From: Spirochaetaceae bacterium
Lineage (GTDB): Bacteria; Spirochaetota; Spirochaetia; DSM-2461
DNA: 64,000 bases
Direction: 5' to 3'
Assembly: GCA_965224705.1 (NCBI GenBank)
Contig: OZ245056.1
Coordinates: 672,001 to 736,000 of the forward strand
Shown: one piece after another, positions 39,520 through 50,658 of the stretch
Numbering within the stretch: the stretch's first letter is position 1
Layout: every line of letters begins with the position of its first letter
Notes under the pieces: model-generated
Told to the model about the DNA's origin: nothing
Databases searched by the model: none
Seen by the model: only the letters and a program-made list of their open reading frames with translations
Translations under genes and position numbers: made by a program

Positions 39520-40509
39520 CTAAAGATGCACACCAAAAAAGAGAATGAAAGCTAAAAGAGTCCGCTGTTCGTTTGCTTCATTAAACCCCCACCAGTCAAG
39601 TCTTGCTCCTGTATGAATATTCTTAAAACGCCAGGCGATATCGACTTTATAGTGAACACTTTCAATCAATTGCACCCCAACGGTACTATGAACACGAATC
39701 CCGGCACTGAAAACCAGATTCTCCAATCCAGAAACCTCAAAGAGATGATACAGAAGAGGATCCGCAATCCAGAGGCCAAGGTACAATCCGAAATTATTAC
39801 CGACAGTGTGAGTTTCAAGATTCTTGCTTGAGTGCAGAGAAGCTCCAAAATCAAGGCCGATTTCCAGCCGTGATGATTGACTTTCCGCCAGAAATCCCCT
39901 GAGGTTTATTCCCAGATCAAGCGTGTTAAATAACAGTGTGGGTTCAGAAGGCATCCATGAGTAACCCGAACTGCGGAAATTGAACCCTGGACTTCGCCCG
40001 AGAACCGGCAGCCAATAGCGTAGATCCACCCCCAACGCAGAACCAATAAACACATCAAAAGACGACCAGGTGTTCCTTATCCTGCTGATAACAGGATCAT
40101 TGACAAATAAAGATAGGTTTAAATCTCCACGGAATTGATCTCGAAACTGACCAGGATCACGGCGGATTCCCTGCTCATCTCTCTCAATGACAAACTTGGG
40201 AGTATCCTGGTCATCACGATCTTTATCGGGAGATTCATTCTCTACCGGGAGTTCTCGCCCCTCATCCAGGGCTTTCAGGTCATTGATGGAAGTCCTGTAG
40301 GATTGAATTCTTACATCATCCGGGTCTATTAATTCTGCCTGATCCAGTGCAGACAATGCTCCGTTCCAGTCCCCATCAGCGGCAAGATTCAAGGCCTGTT
40401 CCAACAATCGATCCAGTTCAGAACCAGCTTCTTCATCGACTGCTGTTTGGGCACTCAAAAGTTGAGTCACACCGGAGAACAGGATGACAGCCAGGATGAT
40501 ATCCTTCAT
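39520..40509 (-). CDS. Hypothetical exported protein: a TPR-like helix pair plus a probable outer-membrane beta-barrel
   Basis: Signal peptide, ALNLAADGDWNGALSALDQAELIDPDD, then alternating beta-strand patterns ending FFGVHL. Confidence 0.65.
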   Translation of the reverse strand: MKDIILAVILFSGVTQLLSAQTAVDEEAGSELDRLLEQALNLAADGDWNGALSALDQAELIDPDDVRIQSYRTSINDLKALDEGRELPVENESPDKDRDDQDTPKFVIERDEQGIRRDPGQFRDQFRGDLNLSLFVNDPVISRIRNTWSSFDVFIGSALGVDLRYWLPVLGRSPGFNFRSSGYSWMPSEPTLLFNTLDLGINLRGFLAESQSSRLEIGLDFGASLHSSKNLETHTVGNNFGLYLGLWIADPLLYHLFEVSGLENLVFSAGIRVHSTVGVQLIESVHYKVDIAWRFKNIHTGARLDWWGFNEANEQRTLLAFILFFGVHL

Positions 40510-40517
40510 TATTTTCC

Positions 40518-41246
40518 TCAATGCGATACCTGACGAAGTGTGTTCCACAAGATGGATTCAGGAAAGTCTGGAAATAAAGAGGCCCAGGAGCCGATCACTG
40601 TTCTTTCCTGCAGTGCATTTTGAAGAACGCCCAGAAAAACTTCTCTCGACATGATTGAAGCACCAAAAGAAGCAAGATGAGGTGTTGGCTGCTGGCAGTC
40701 AATCAGGCCGAAACCTGCATCCTGGAGAAATCCAACAAGAGCAGTAAAGGCAATTTTCGATGCATCTGTTTCCCGATGAAACATTGATTCACCGCAGAAA
40801 CACCCTCCAAGCGACACCCCGTATAACCCACCAGCAAGTTTGCCATCGTCGTTCCAGGATTCCACCGAATGGGCATATCCCAGCTCATGAAGTTTGCAGT
40901 ACGCATCCACCATATCATTTGTTATCCAGGTTCCATCCTGATCTGGTCTGTAGACTTCCCGGCAGCTCAGAATCACCTTCTCAAAATCACAGTCCAGAGT
41001 TAATTCATACGAGCTTTTCCTGATACTCCTTTCAAGTCTTCTCGATATTCTTATCTTCGAAGGAATCAAAACAGCTCTGTTAAACAGCGACCACCAGATG
41101 ACAGGTTGTCCATCATTATACCAGGGGAAGATACCATTCCTGTAGGCTTCAAGCAGGGTGGCAGGTGAAAGATCACCTCCTATCGCAACAATTTCGCTCT
41201 GAACGCTGAGTGGATCAGGGAAAAAGCCCCCCAATTCAAGCAGCAT
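40518..41246 (-). CDS. aat: Leucyl/phenylalanyl-tRNA-protein transferase
   Basis: GGDLS...AYRNGIFPW, TWI, AHSVE, GGLYGV, GESMF, DASK and IDCQ. Confidence 0.95.
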   Translation of the reverse strand: MLLELGGFFPDPLSVQSEIVAIGGDLSPATLLEAYRNGIFPWYNDGQPVIWWSLFNRAVLIPSKIRISRRLERSIRKSSYELTLDCDFEKVILSCREVYRPDQDGTWITNDMVDAYCKLHELGYAHSVESWNDDGKLAGGLYGVSLGGCFCGESMFHRETDASKIAFTALVGFLQDAGFGLIDCQQPTPHLASFGASIMSREVFLGVLQNALQERTVIGSWASLFPDFPESILWNTLRQVSH

Positions 41247-43638
41247 TTACCTGTGTGTGGATAACGATTTCATCATTCTCCAGATCAGCGACCGCCCTGC
41301 CGCCTGAAGTAAGGGAACCGAAAAGTACCTCATCAACAAAGAATCCCTTAATTTTTTCCTCCACCAGGCGCATGATGTTGCGGGCTCCATACTCAGGGGA
41401 ATACCCCTTCTCGGCAATCCAGCGGACAGCCGCATCAGTGACTGCAAGCTCGACATTCTTTGGTTTCAGCATTTCACGGAATAGATTAATTTCCTTATGG
41501 ACAATACTCTCAACAATTTCCATGCTCAAATGTCCAAACTTAACAACTTTATCGAGTCTGTTTCGAAACTCAGGGGAAAACACTTTTGCGACAGCATCAT
41601 CCATAGCTCCGGAATTTACCTCTCCTCCACCAAATCCAATTTTCGGTTTTCCAATTTCCCGGGCACCGGCATTGGAGGTCATAATAATGATGACATTTCT
41701 GAAATCAGCCTGACGGCCCGTGTTATCTGTCAGGGTTGCATAGTCCATCATTTGAAGAAGAACATTGAAAATATCAGGATGTGCTTTTTCAATCTCATCA
41801 AGCAGCAACACTGCGTGAGGAGTTTTGCGAATGGCTTCTGTAAGCATTCCTCCATCATCATAGCCAACATAGCCTGGAGGAGAACCTATCAGTCGGCTGA
41901 TTGTATGCTTTTCCTGATACTCACTCATATCAAAGCGGTGCAGAGTAATCCCCAATTCCTCAGCAAGACTCCGGGCCAACTCGGTTTTTCCAACACCTGT
42001 GGGTCCCACAAAAAGAAAACTGGCCACTGGCTTGTCTGGTTTGCGGAATCCCGCTCTGGAGCGCTTAATGGCTGTTGTGACATCTTCCACTGCTTCAATT
42101 TGACCAAAGATTCTGGTTTTCAGGGCATCGGTCAGGTGCATGAGTTTGTCGGTTTCACTGGCATTGATTGATTTCTCCGGGATACGGGCAATTTTCGCTA
42201 TAACTTTTTCAATGTCTTTAACGCTGACCACTGGCAGATGCCCATGGGGAGTCTGCACCTGCAGATCGGTGGAGTCAACATTCACTTCGACCAGTTCCTG
42301 ACTGTTCGACGCATCAGTCGGCATTTGAGAATTGGAATCATAATTGCTTTCATCCAGATCCTTCTTCGGCGGTTCGGCTACATCCTCCTGGAGGCGTTTC
42401 CAGGCCCCTGCCTCATCAATTATATCAATTGCCTTATCGGGAAGGTATTTCTCATTGATAAACTGATCGGAAAGATCTATGGCAGCTCTGAGAGCCTCAT
42501 CATCATACGAAACTCCATGATGGGTTTCATAAACCCCTCTCAAACCAAGAAGTATTCGATAAGTTTCATCTGGAGTTGTGGGGGGAACCTCAATTCTTTG
42601 AAATCTCCTTGCCAGAGCATGATCCTTTTCAAAAAACTTGCTGAATTCCTTATGGGTCGTTGAACCGATGCATCGAATTTTTCCTGTCATCAAAGCTGGT
42701 TTAAGAAGATTTGATGCATCCATACTCCCCCCGGAGGTGGCTCCTGCTCCGATAACAGTGTGAATTTCATCGATGAAGAGAATCACATTGCCGCGTTCTT
42801 CCAGCTCAATGAGGATTTTTTTTATCCTTTCTTCAAAGTCTCCCCGATAGCGAGTCCCCGCCAGCAATGCTCCCATATCCAGAGACCATATCCTGGAATT
42901 CTGAAGAAATCCCGGAGCTTCATTATTCGCTATCAGATTGGCCAATCCTTCCGTAACAGCCGTTTTACCAACACCCGGTTCACCTACATGGACTGGATTA
43001 TTCTTCAAGCGCCGACTCAACACCTGCAGGGTTCGCTCAATTATATCTTCACGGCCTGTCAGTATTTCTAATTCTCCTGCTTCAGCTCTGGCTGTAAGAT
43101 CAACGGCATATTTCTCAAGGAAACCTGTTTTCTTCTGCCTGGATGACCTTCCATGGTCTTCTTCATCAACATCCAGGCTGTGTTCATCCTGAGAGTTGTT
43201 ATTTTTCTCATCATCTTCTTCTTCAGGGTGAGAAACAACTTCCAGCAGCCTGATCCGGGTAACGCCTGATTTTCTGAGAAAGTATGAAGTATAGGATTCT
43301 TCCAGATCGAAGAGAGATACCAGTAAATCGGCCGAGGTGATTTCCTCTTTTTCCGCAACAGTTGAGTGGACAACTGCCCTGCTGATAACGGACTCCCATC
43401 CGGCTGTAGGAATGGGATCAGCATCTTTTACAAGTTGTATGTTCTTGAGAAAGAAATCCTTGATTTCTTCCTGTATCTCCCTGGGGCTGGCATCACAGGA
43501 CTCAATAATTTTCCGGGGCCTATCATACTCAAGAGCAACGAACAAAAGATGTTCGGGGGTTAGATACTCATGATTCATTCTTTTCGCAGTTGTATAAGCG
43601 TCTTCGAAAATACCATTCACTTCCAGAGTTGGTTTCAA
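41236..43638 (-). CDS. clpA: ATP-dependent Clp protease ATP-binding subunit ClpA
   Basis: Two AAA modules (GEPGVGKT, GPTGVGKT), Clp N domain, IGF loop, and location after clpS. Confidence 0.94.
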   Translation of the reverse strand: MKPTLEVNGIFEDAYTTAKRMNHEYLTPEHLLFVALEYDRPRKIIESCDASPREIQEEIKDFFLKNIQLVKDADPIPTAGWESVISRAVVHSTVAEKEEITSADLLVSLFDLEESYTSYFLRKSGVTRIRLLEVVSHPEEEDDEKNNNSQDEHSLDVDEEDHGRSSRQKKTGFLEKYAVDLTARAEAGELEILTGREDIIERTLQVLSRRLKNNPVHVGEPGVGKTAVTEGLANLIANNEAPGFLQNSRIWSLDMGALLAGTRYRGDFEERIKKILIELEERGNVILFIDEIHTVIGAGATSGGSMDASNLLKPALMTGKIRCIGSTTHKEFSKFFEKDHALARRFQRIEVPPTTPDETYRILLGLRGVYETHHGVSYDDEALRAAIDLSDQFINEKYLPDKAIDIIDEAGAWKRLQEDVAEPPKKDLDESNYDSNSQMPTDASNSQELVEVNVDSTDLQVQTPHGHLPVVSVKDIEKVIAKIARIPEKSINASETDKLMHLTDALKTRIFGQIEAVEDVTTAIKRSRAGFRKPDKPVASFLFVGPTGVGKTELARSLAEELGITLHRFDMSEYQEKHTISRLIGSPPGYVGYDDGGMLTEAIRKTPHAVLLLDEIEKAHPDIFNVLLQMMDYATLTDNTGRQADFRNVIIIMTSNAGAREIGKPKIGFGGGEVNSGAMDDAVAKVFSPEFRNRLDKVVKFGHLSMEIVESIVHKEINLFREMLKPKNVELAVTDAAVRWIAEKGYSPEYGARNIMRLVEEKIKGFFVDEVLFGSLTSGGRAVADLENDEIVIHTQVNAA

Positions 43639-43640
43639 TT

Positions 43641-43958
43641 CTATGCCCTTTCTATAATGCTTTTGAGGGGAAACTCTCGTTTACGTGCAAGCATTTCTAC
43701 CTGAGCAACCTTTGTTTGACCTATGTCGTAAGGATACAAGCCAACTATTCCCCGGCCATTTTTATGAACTTCCATCATGATCCTGGTAGCATCAATGGGA
43801 GACTTATGGAATATCGAAACAAGTACCTCAACAACGAAATCCCTTGTGGTATAATCATCATTCAGGAGGATAACACGCCACATATCCGGTCTCTTTACAT
43901 CATCCCGGACATCTTCAAGTAGATCACCCTCCCCATTATCCCGGAAACTATCATTCAT
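43641..43958 (-). CDS. clpS: Clp protease adaptor ClpS
   Basis: VILLNDDYTT..FVV, MMEVH..G.G and FPL. Confidence 0.94.
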   Translation of the reverse strand: MNDSFRDNGEGDLLEDVRDDVKRPDMWRVILLNDDYTTRDFVVEVLVSIFHKSPIDATRIMMEVHKNGRGIVGLYPYDIGQTKVAQVEMLARKREFPLKSIIERA

Positions 43959-44031
43959 ACTGATATGATAGTACAAATTTCAAGGAAAACAATCAATATT
44001 TTTTGCGATATGCGGCAAAATAATTGGCCCC

Positions 44032-46080
44032 CTATCGCAGAGGCGAAAACATCCCTGATTCACCTCGTCCACTCTTGCCGATGTAATCAACCTGAATTGA
44101 GACTGGAAGGTAGCGTCGTCCATAGCCACTTGACTGAGAGCTTTTCCAGGCGACAGTATAACGCCCGATACCAGTATCCCTTAATTTTTTAACTATAGCG
44201 GCACTTCCTTCAGGCTGAAAGAGGAAACTTGATTCACCGCCTGTTTCCTTTACAATATAATCAAGCTCCCAGCTGACAACGCTGTTACTCTCATACACAG
44301 CATTAAAGATGATACCGTTATTGGCCATGATCCGTGCTGTCTCAACCAACCCGTATGTATCAAATGCAGTAGCGGCTGGCGGGTTGGAAATAAAAGCGAT
44401 GACTGACTTCCTTTTTCTTTCCGGTGCGAGCTGATTAACGGCAAGCCTGAGAGCTTCATCCCAGGGAACACTCCGTGCACCGGATGATGTGAGGGCGATT
44501 TCAGAGAAGACAGCCTCATACACTGAACCTGCCGGTATTTCATGTAGAACAGGTGTTTCCGCAGCCGCAACCAGGGAAAACTCATCACCGGTAACAGCAG
44601 AACTCATCATATCCTCAATACTGTTCAACAGATAATCCACCGATTTCGAATTGCCGGACGAATCAACAACTGCAACAATGGAAACAGAAGAGCTTTTAAA
44701 GGACTGCCAGTCAAGTATGGGTGTTCCAACGAGGTTGTCTCCCTCGAATACAAGGAAGTTACCTGCATTGAGACCTGTCACAGGATTCCCGAATCTATCC
44801 TGTACCGTGAAATCTACAAAAATATCGGGATAGGCATCTGCTCGAACTCTGTTCAGTGTAACATCCAGACCGCCATAGAGAGTTGAGAGAGATGTGAGAA
44901 GTGTCACCCGGTTTGAGCCAAAATCACACACCGCAAGATTGCCATTGTCATCGAAAGACAGTGTGGTAATGCGATGAGAACCTCCGCTGAGAGAAGTCTC
45001 CAGTGAAAGCTCTCCGGATACAGGATTGACTTTGAATATATCTCCGCCATCAGCAATCAGAATGGATTGACCATGCACTGTAAGACCCTCAGGACTTTTT
45101 AATCCCTCAGTGACCAGCGGTCCAAGGTGATTGCCGGAAGTATCAAAGACATCAATCCGTGCAGCCAGAGAATCAGCGACATAGACTCTATCCTCCATGC
45201 ACACAATACCCGATGGTCCCTGAAACCCGGCAAAGCTGCTCCTGGCTTCAATATTCAAGATATGAGTACCATCCAGACGCCATTTGGCCACACGTTTATT
45301 GCCCCAATCGCTTATATAGACGTAAAGGCCATCGGGAGATAAAGCCATGTACTGGGGCCCCAGGAACTGATCGGCACCCACACCAGACTCCCCCCATGAT
45401 TCAACTCTGCTGCCTTTGTTCAAACCTGTGGTGTACATCAGTGATATGCGATCTGCCTGGTACTCGCTGATTAAAAGCCTGCCATCACCGATGGGAAGAA
45501 CATCATACGGCCGATCCAGACCTTCCAGGCCCCCCGTAAAACGATCTCTCAGTGCACCATTAGCGTCGAGAATCACCACCTGTCCACCGGTATACGAACT
45601 GATTACCAGAGAGCCGGATTTGTCTTTCAGGCTCTGAACAGAGGATGAAAGTTTGAATAATGATTTCAGCTCATTTCCGCCCTGAAAAGTGGCAAGAGGA
45701 ATCCATTCATCTTCAGATGGAAACTCATTATCTCCAGAAAGGCGATTCCTCAACTGCTCTGCTCGATGACCGATATAGGCTGAAGTACTTCCTTCTTCAA
45801 TCAGTTCCTCCCAGACTGTAAGAGCAGCATTCTCCATACCTGATTTCCAATAAGCTCTTCCAAGCCACTCCTTTATGGCTGGATCCGTTGGATTCAGGGA
45901 AAGGGCTCTCTCCATTGCAAGAAGTGATTTTCCCGGGAATCCATCATTATAGGCAATAACCCCCCATCGCCATTCATCAAGAGATTTCATTGCCTCATAG
46001 CTTATTTCCTGGGCCTGAATCGCTGCAGCAAAAAAAATCAAGAGAAAAAGCTGATTAATTGTGGACTTTCTTCTTATCAT
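44032..46080 (-). CDS. Exported TPR + NHL beta-propeller + vWA-like protein
   Basis: Signal peptide, TPR helices, NHL repeats (QFLGPQYMAL, GPSGI..VYVADS), then VDFTVQDRFGNPVTGL and a vWA-like C-terminus. Confidence 0.75.
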   Translation of the reverse strand: MIRRKSTINQLFLLIFFAAAIQAQEISYEAMKSLDEWRWGVIAYNDGFPGKSLLAMERALSLNPTDPAIKEWLGRAYWKSGMENAALTVWEELIEEGSTSAYIGHRAEQLRNRLSGDNEFPSEDEWIPLATFQGGNELKSLFKLSSSVQSLKDKSGSLVISSYTGGQVVILDANGALRDRFTGGLEGLDRPYDVLPIGDGRLLISEYQADRISLMYTTGLNKGSRVESWGESGVGADQFLGPQYMALSPDGLYVYISDWGNKRVAKWRLDGTHILNIEARSSFAGFQGPSGIVCMEDRVYVADSLAARIDVFDTSGNHLGPLVTEGLKSPEGLTVHGQSILIADGGDIFKVNPVSGELSLETSLSGGSHRITTLSFDDNGNLAVCDFGSNRVTLLTSLSTLYGGLDVTLNRVRADAYPDIFVDFTVQDRFGNPVTGLNAGNFLVFEGDNLVGTPILDWQSFKSSSVSIVAVVDSSGNSKSVDYLLNSIEDMMSSAVTGDEFSLVAAAETPVLHEIPAGSVYEAVFSEIALTSSGARSVPWDEALRLAVNQLAPERKRKSVIAFISNPPAATAFDTYGLVETARIMANNGIIFNAVYESNSVVSWELDYIVKETGGESSFLFQPEGSAAIVKKLRDTGIGRYTVAWKSSQSSGYGRRYLPVSIQVDYIGKSGRGESGMFSPLR

Positions 46081-46738
46081 TTATCCTGACCGCTTCCAGA
46101 TGATTCCTGATGATTTCGTCGTCAGGGCGTTCCGATATTGCCTCTGTGAGATATCTTACAGCTTCAGAGTTTTTTCCGACACGGAATAATGCCCAACCCA
46201 GGGAATCTTTATATGAAAGATTATCGGGATTCATCTCTACTGCTTTTCGGCAGAGTTTCAATGCAAGATCCAGATCTTTCCCGGAATCTGCAAGTATATA
46301 ACCTAATCCATTAACTGCATTAGAATTATCAATATCCAGCTTCACAGCCTTTTTATAGCTCTCAAACGCAGAATCTTTGAGTTCCAGCCGCCACTGACAA
46401 TACCCAAGAGCAGACCATACCTGTGGAGAATTCATTCCGAGATCGATAATATCATTGAGATACTGCAGTGCCTGTTCAATTTCATTATGTTCTACAAGAA
46501 TCCATGCCAGAAGCATGCGAACTTGATACTGGCGTGCCAGATTAACATCATTCCTGAGAACTTGTTCAAAAAGTCCAACCGCTTCCTCAGTAATCTGAAG
46601 CCTGACATAGCATAAACCCATGTAGTACGCCAGCTCAGAGTCTTCACCCGGATCAGTCTCTTCTTCCAGAAACAGCTTCAGAGCCCTGGAATAGGAGTGT
46701 CCATGGTAAAGCGATTTGCCTTTTTCCCGGGCATTCAC
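46055..46738 (-). CDS. Tetratricopeptide repeat protein
   Basis: Repeated TPR patterns, including NGLGYILAD and DSLGWALF. Confidence 0.85.
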   Translation of the reverse strand: MNAREKGKSLYHGHSYSRALKLFLEEETDPGEDSELAYYMGLCYVRLQITEEAVGLFEQVLRNDVNLARQYQVRMLLAWILVEHNEIEQALQYLNDIIDLGMNSPQVWSALGYCQWRLELKDSAFESYKKAVKLDIDNSNAVNGLGYILADSGKDLDLALKLCRKAVEMNPDNLSYKDSLGWALFRVGKNSEAVRYLTEAISERPDDEIIRNHLEAVRINDKKKVHN

Positions 46739-46834
46739 ATTGTCCCCCCATACCTGTTCAATATATCAGTTTACATTGTAGTTAGACCAGTTGTTAAGCT
46801 GTATCTGGCTTACATACTGTAGAATATCAGGCTT

Positions 46835-48001
46835 TCATTTCGGGGATTCACCGGGAAGATGGACACGGGAACCTTCTCCAATCCCAAGGGAAAAAACACT
46901 TGCCTTGAACCCAAAGATTCTATCATACTCCTCCAGACATTCCTCATATCTGTCCCGCATCCTTTCATCTATCAATGAAATCGTACAGCCGCCATATCCA
47001 GAGCCAATCATTCTTGAGCCGTAAACACCTTCGGTTTCAATGCCGCGTTTTGCCAGCCAATCCAACTCTGGGCATGAAATCTCCAGATAATCCCTGAGAC
47101 TCTCATGGGAACGAAAAAGAATTCGCCCTGCTGCTTCGTTCATATTGTTTGTCAGTGCATTCCTGAATTCCTGGATTCTCTCATTTTCAGTAACGAAGTG
47201 AAGAACAACTCTCCTGTGACGTTCACTGAGCCCTTCAATTGTGCTGGTAAGATCATCATGCTTCAAACTCTGGAAAAGACTTCCGAACCTGGTTAATCCC
47301 AATGCGGCAGAGCACTCACGGCATGCCGTATTTATTTCGTCTTTTTCATCATCACTCATAGTTTCAGTCACTCGGGAATCAGTTATAATGATGCTTAACG
47401 ATTCTGTTGGGAATGGAATGTATTCAACATCGAGAGATCTCAAATCAATCAGATTCAGTTGGTTCTTCCTGGAGAAATGAGCAGTCATCGGAGAACAGAC
47501 TCCTTGATGAAGTCCCATGAATTTATTCTCAACTGACCTTGCTGTTCCAATTATCTGACCATCATTCAGCCTGAAATCAAAAAGAGGATTCAATGCACAA
47601 ACCGTGGCCACTGTCATAGCCGTTGATGAAGCCAGACCGATACCCATGGGGATCTCACTGAGCAGGGTAATATTGATTCCTTTGAACCTGAAACCCATGC
47701 GAATCAATTCATCAATCACACCCTTGGAGTAATTTGCCCAGCGATCTTCCCGCTTGAATCTCAGGCCATTGATGGTGATCTTTTTCCGTTCTTTGAGATT
47801 CGCAGAGAAGAAACACAGGGAATTATCTTTCCGCCTGGATACTGACACATAAAAACGCCGGTCAACAGCAAAAGAAAGTACATGGCCCCGGCCAAATTCA
47901 CCATGTTCCCCCAGTAATTCAATTCCACCTGGAGCACTTGCGATAACTTCGGGCTCAATACCGTATTCTTCTTTATGATGAGCGGTAATTTGATCAATCA
48001 A
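46835..48001 (-). CDS. Galactokinase-like GHMP family protein with altered catalytic residues
   Basis: APG..ELLGEH, IPMGIGLASS, SHESLRDYLEISCPELD and GSRMIGSGYGG. Confidence 0.8.
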   Translation of the reverse strand: MIDQITAHHKEEYGIEPEVIASAPGGIELLGEHGEFGRGHVLSFAVDRRFYVSVSRRKDNSLCFFSANLKERKKITINGLRFKREDRWANYSKGVIDELIRMGFRFKGINITLLSEIPMGIGLASSTAMTVATVCALNPLFDFRLNDGQIIGTARSVENKFMGLHQGVCSPMTAHFSRKNQLNLIDLRSLDVEYIPFPTESLSIIITDSRVTETMSDDEKDEINTACRECSAALGLTRFGSLFQSLKHDDLTSTIEGLSERHRRVVLHFVTENERIQEFRNALTNNMNEAAGRILFRSHESLRDYLEISCPELDWLAKRGIETEGVYGSRMIGSGYGGCTISLIDERMRDRYEECLEEYDRIFGFKASVFSLGIGEGSRVHLPGESPK

Positions 48002-48072
48002 AAGAATCCGCCACCTTATTCTATATTCGAGTTTATCACGATACCTGGCTGATCAGAATACACGATCAAGTC

Positions 48073-48276
48073 CTACGACTTGATTCCATATTTTCTATTG
48101 AATCTCTCAACACGTCCAGCAGTATCTACAAGTTTCTGCTTGCCTGTGAAAAAGGGATGACAACTGGAACATATCTCAATTTGCATATCTCCAACTGTAG
48201 AAAAAGTTTCAAATGAATTCCCGCAGGCACAACTTACCTTCGCTGTTCTGTATTCTGGATGGATACCATCTTTCAT
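48073..48276 (-). CDS. rpmE: 50S ribosomal protein L31 (zinc-binding type)
   Basis: [23 protein letters not shown] and GRVERF. Confidence 0.97.
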   Translation of the reverse strand: MKDGIHPEYRTAKVSCACGNSFETFSTVGDMQIEICSSCHPFFTGKQKLVDTAGRVERFNRKYGIKS

Positions 48277-48287
48277 ATATTCTACTC

Positions 48288-49976
48288 CTAAAGTTCCCGG
48301 GAACTTGAGGTATTCATTCCCTTCAGGAAGGCCTCATTATTCCTGGTTTTGCACATCTTGTCAACGATCATCTCAGTTGTCTCCAGATCATCCATGGGAC
48401 TCATCACCTTGCGAAGAATCCACATTTTGTTGAGTTCTTCAGATTCAAGGAGTAAATCTTCTTTTCTTGTACTGGATTTCTTAACATTGAATGCTGGATA
48501 AACTCGCTTGTCTGCCAGTCGGCGATCCAGGGAAAGTTCCATATTTCCCGTTCCCTTGAACTCTTCAAAAATCACCTCATCCATGCGGCTTCCCGTTTCA
48601 ATGAGAGCAGTCGCTACAACGGTGAGGCTTCCGCCATTCTCGATATTGCGTGCCGCCCCGAAAAACCTCTTTGGCTTATGCAGTGCATTGGAGTCTACAC
48701 CGCCTGAAAGGATTTTCCCACTCGTCGGTACCGTCTGGTTGTAAGCTCTTGCCAGTCGGGTGATTGAGTCAAGGAGAATCACAACATCTTTTTTGTGTTC
48801 TACCAGACGTCGAGCCTTTTCGATAACCATTTCCGCCACCTGAACATGCCTTGTGGCCTGTTCATCAAAAGTAGAAGCAACAACCTCCCCCTGAACACTG
48901 CGCTGCATATCAGTCACTTCCTCCGGCCGCTCATCAATAAGCAATACAATGAGATACACTTCAGGATGATTTTCCGTGATTGCATTGGCAATTTTCTGAA
49001 GGATGATAGTTTTACCTGATTTCGGTGGGGATACAATGAGACCACGCTGCCCCTTTCCGATTGGACAGAAGAGATTGATTATACGAGTTGATGGGTCACC
49101 AGCTTCTGTTTCCATATTCAAACGCTGTGTTGGATATAATGGCGTAAGATTCTCAAAAGAAACACGGCTCTGAGCCTCCGCTGGATCACTGAAATTGACG
49201 TTAACAACCCGGAGCATTGCAAAGAACCGTTCCCCTTCCTTAGGGGATCTGATTTGACCGTAAACCGTATCACCTGTTCTGAGGTTGAAGAGCCGAATCT
49301 GGCTTGGAGAGATATACACATCATCTGTACCCGGCAAGTACGAATTCTGGGGAGATCGCAGAAATCCATAGCCGTCAGGCAAAATTTCCAATGAACCATA
49401 GGCGTAAATAACGCCGCCCTTATCAATGTGTGCTTTCAAAACCTGGAATATGATTTCCTGTTTCTTCAGGGAAATTGTATTTTCCTTTTTGAGTCCCAGA
49501 TCGGCAGCCAGCAATCGTATATCAGGCATGGACATTTTGGATAAATCATTAATACGGATTTTGGGGGCATCAGGATCGTGCTTCGGTCCCATGATCATAC
49601 GATTATTAGTCTTTTTTCCCTTTCTTCTGCCTCGAAATCCACCATTCCCAGGGGAGACTTTACTGACTTCAGTATCATCCAGAGAAGAGTCTTCACCGGT
49701 GGAATTTTCATCCTCGGGATCTGTTTCAGATTCGACAGATTGTGAATCCCCAATGCTCTCAGATTCACCGGGATCCGATGGCATGGAAACATCAGAAACA
49801 GATTCATCAGCGGGATTATTTTCCTCTGGATTGGCTGTTTCTTCATTGACCGGTGTTTCACCATTAGCTTTGACAACAATAGTCTTCTTTCTTTTTTTCA
49901 ATTCACTTTTGACTTCTGTCTCAGTATCCTGATTATTGAAGTCAAGTTCGTATTGCTTCATTGAGCTTTCAGACAC
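48288..49976 (-). CDS. rho: Transcription termination factor Rho with an acidic N-terminal extension
   Basis: [41 protein letters not shown] and FEEFKGTGN. Confidence 0.97.
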   Translation of the reverse strand: MSESSMKQYELDFNNQDTETEVKSELKKRKKTIVVKANGETPVNEETANPEENNPADESVSDVSMPSDPGESESIGDSQSVESETDPEDENSTGEDSSLDDTEVSKVSPGNGGFRGRRKGKKTNNRMIMGPKHDPDAPKIRINDLSKMSMPDIRLLAADLGLKKENTISLKKQEIIFQVLKAHIDKGGVIYAYGSLEILPDGYGFLRSPQNSYLPGTDDVYISPSQIRLFNLRTGDTVYGQIRSPKEGERFFAMLRVVNVNFSDPAEAQSRVSFENLTPLYPTQRLNMETEAGDPSTRIINLFCPIGKGQRGLIVSPPKSGKTIILQKIANAITENHPEVYLIVLLIDERPEEVTDMQRSVQGEVVASTFDEQATRHVQVAEMVIEKARRLVEHKKDVVILLDSITRLARAYNQTVPTSGKILSGGVDSNALHKPKRFFGAARNIENGGSLTVVATALIETGSRMDEVIFEEFKGTGNMELSLDRRLADKRVYPAFNVKKSSTRKEDLLLESEELNKMWILRKVMSPMDDLETTEMIVDKMCKTRNNEAFLKGMNTSSSREL

Positions 49977-50143
49977 ATTTCAATCCTTATATATTGTGTA
50001 ATATAGATTTGATTTTCCTCTCCAACAGGAAATTAATTCAATTCGCATGGTTATTTGATGTGGTTTTCAACTCTCAGTGATACCTGCACTGGGAGGCGGT
50101 ACTAAAAAAACCTGGCTGTGACTCAACAATGTTACTCTCAATG

Positions 50144-50173
50144 CAATATATATCAGTAATCCACTATGTGTCA
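50144..50173 (-). promoter_or_regulatory. Probable promoter of rho, giving a leader of about 160 nt
   Basis: TTGACA followed 18 nt later by TATATT on the minus strand. Confidence 0.45.
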
Positions 50174-50241
50174 AGACATGAGATTCCTCAACAGCCTGTG
50201 AAGAATCTCTATTTCGAAAGAGTCTTACATATCGCACAGTT

Positions 50242-50655
50242 TTATTCGACACGATTCACAGATTTCTTCAACCTATCGGCAGGCATTGAGAAAATATCAA
50301 TACTGTTTGGATCCTCCAGCATCTCACACTGCCCCTGGATACTCGTACCATCAGCAATGATGAGATTGGGACAACTGATATCGCCGATTATTTGACCTCC
50401 GCTGAGAATTTCCAATCTCTTTTCAACCTGAACATTGCCTTTAATCTTCCCGCATACAACCAATGTACCTGCCCTGATATTGGCCGTCACCACCGCATCT
50501 GTATCGACCAGAAGGAATCCCTGAGATTCAACAACCCCATTAAATGTTCCGGAAATTTTCAGAGATTCAGTGAAAAACAGTTTACCGTTGAATTTCGTTT
50601 CACGACCGAAAACCGTTTTGATTCTGCGTGAAAACTGTTCACGCGTGCCAGGCAT
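50242..50655 (-). CDS. Bactofilin (polymer-forming cytoskeletal protein)
   Basis: TVFGRETKFNGKL...LKISG.F.G...VCGKIKGNV...IIGDI...I.DG beta-helix pattern. Confidence 0.88.
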   Translation of the reverse strand: MPGTREQFSRRIKTVFGRETKFNGKLFFTESLKISGTFNGVVESQGFLLVDTDAVVTANIRAGTLVVCGKIKGNVQVEKRLEILSGGQIIGDISCPNLIIADGTSIQGQCEMLEDPNSIDIFSMPADRLKKSVNRVE

Positions 50656-50658
50656 AAG

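Noticed and set aside
49560..49976. Acidic N-terminal extension of Rho
   Set aside because: Variable low-complexity N-terminal extensions are common in Rho proteins.
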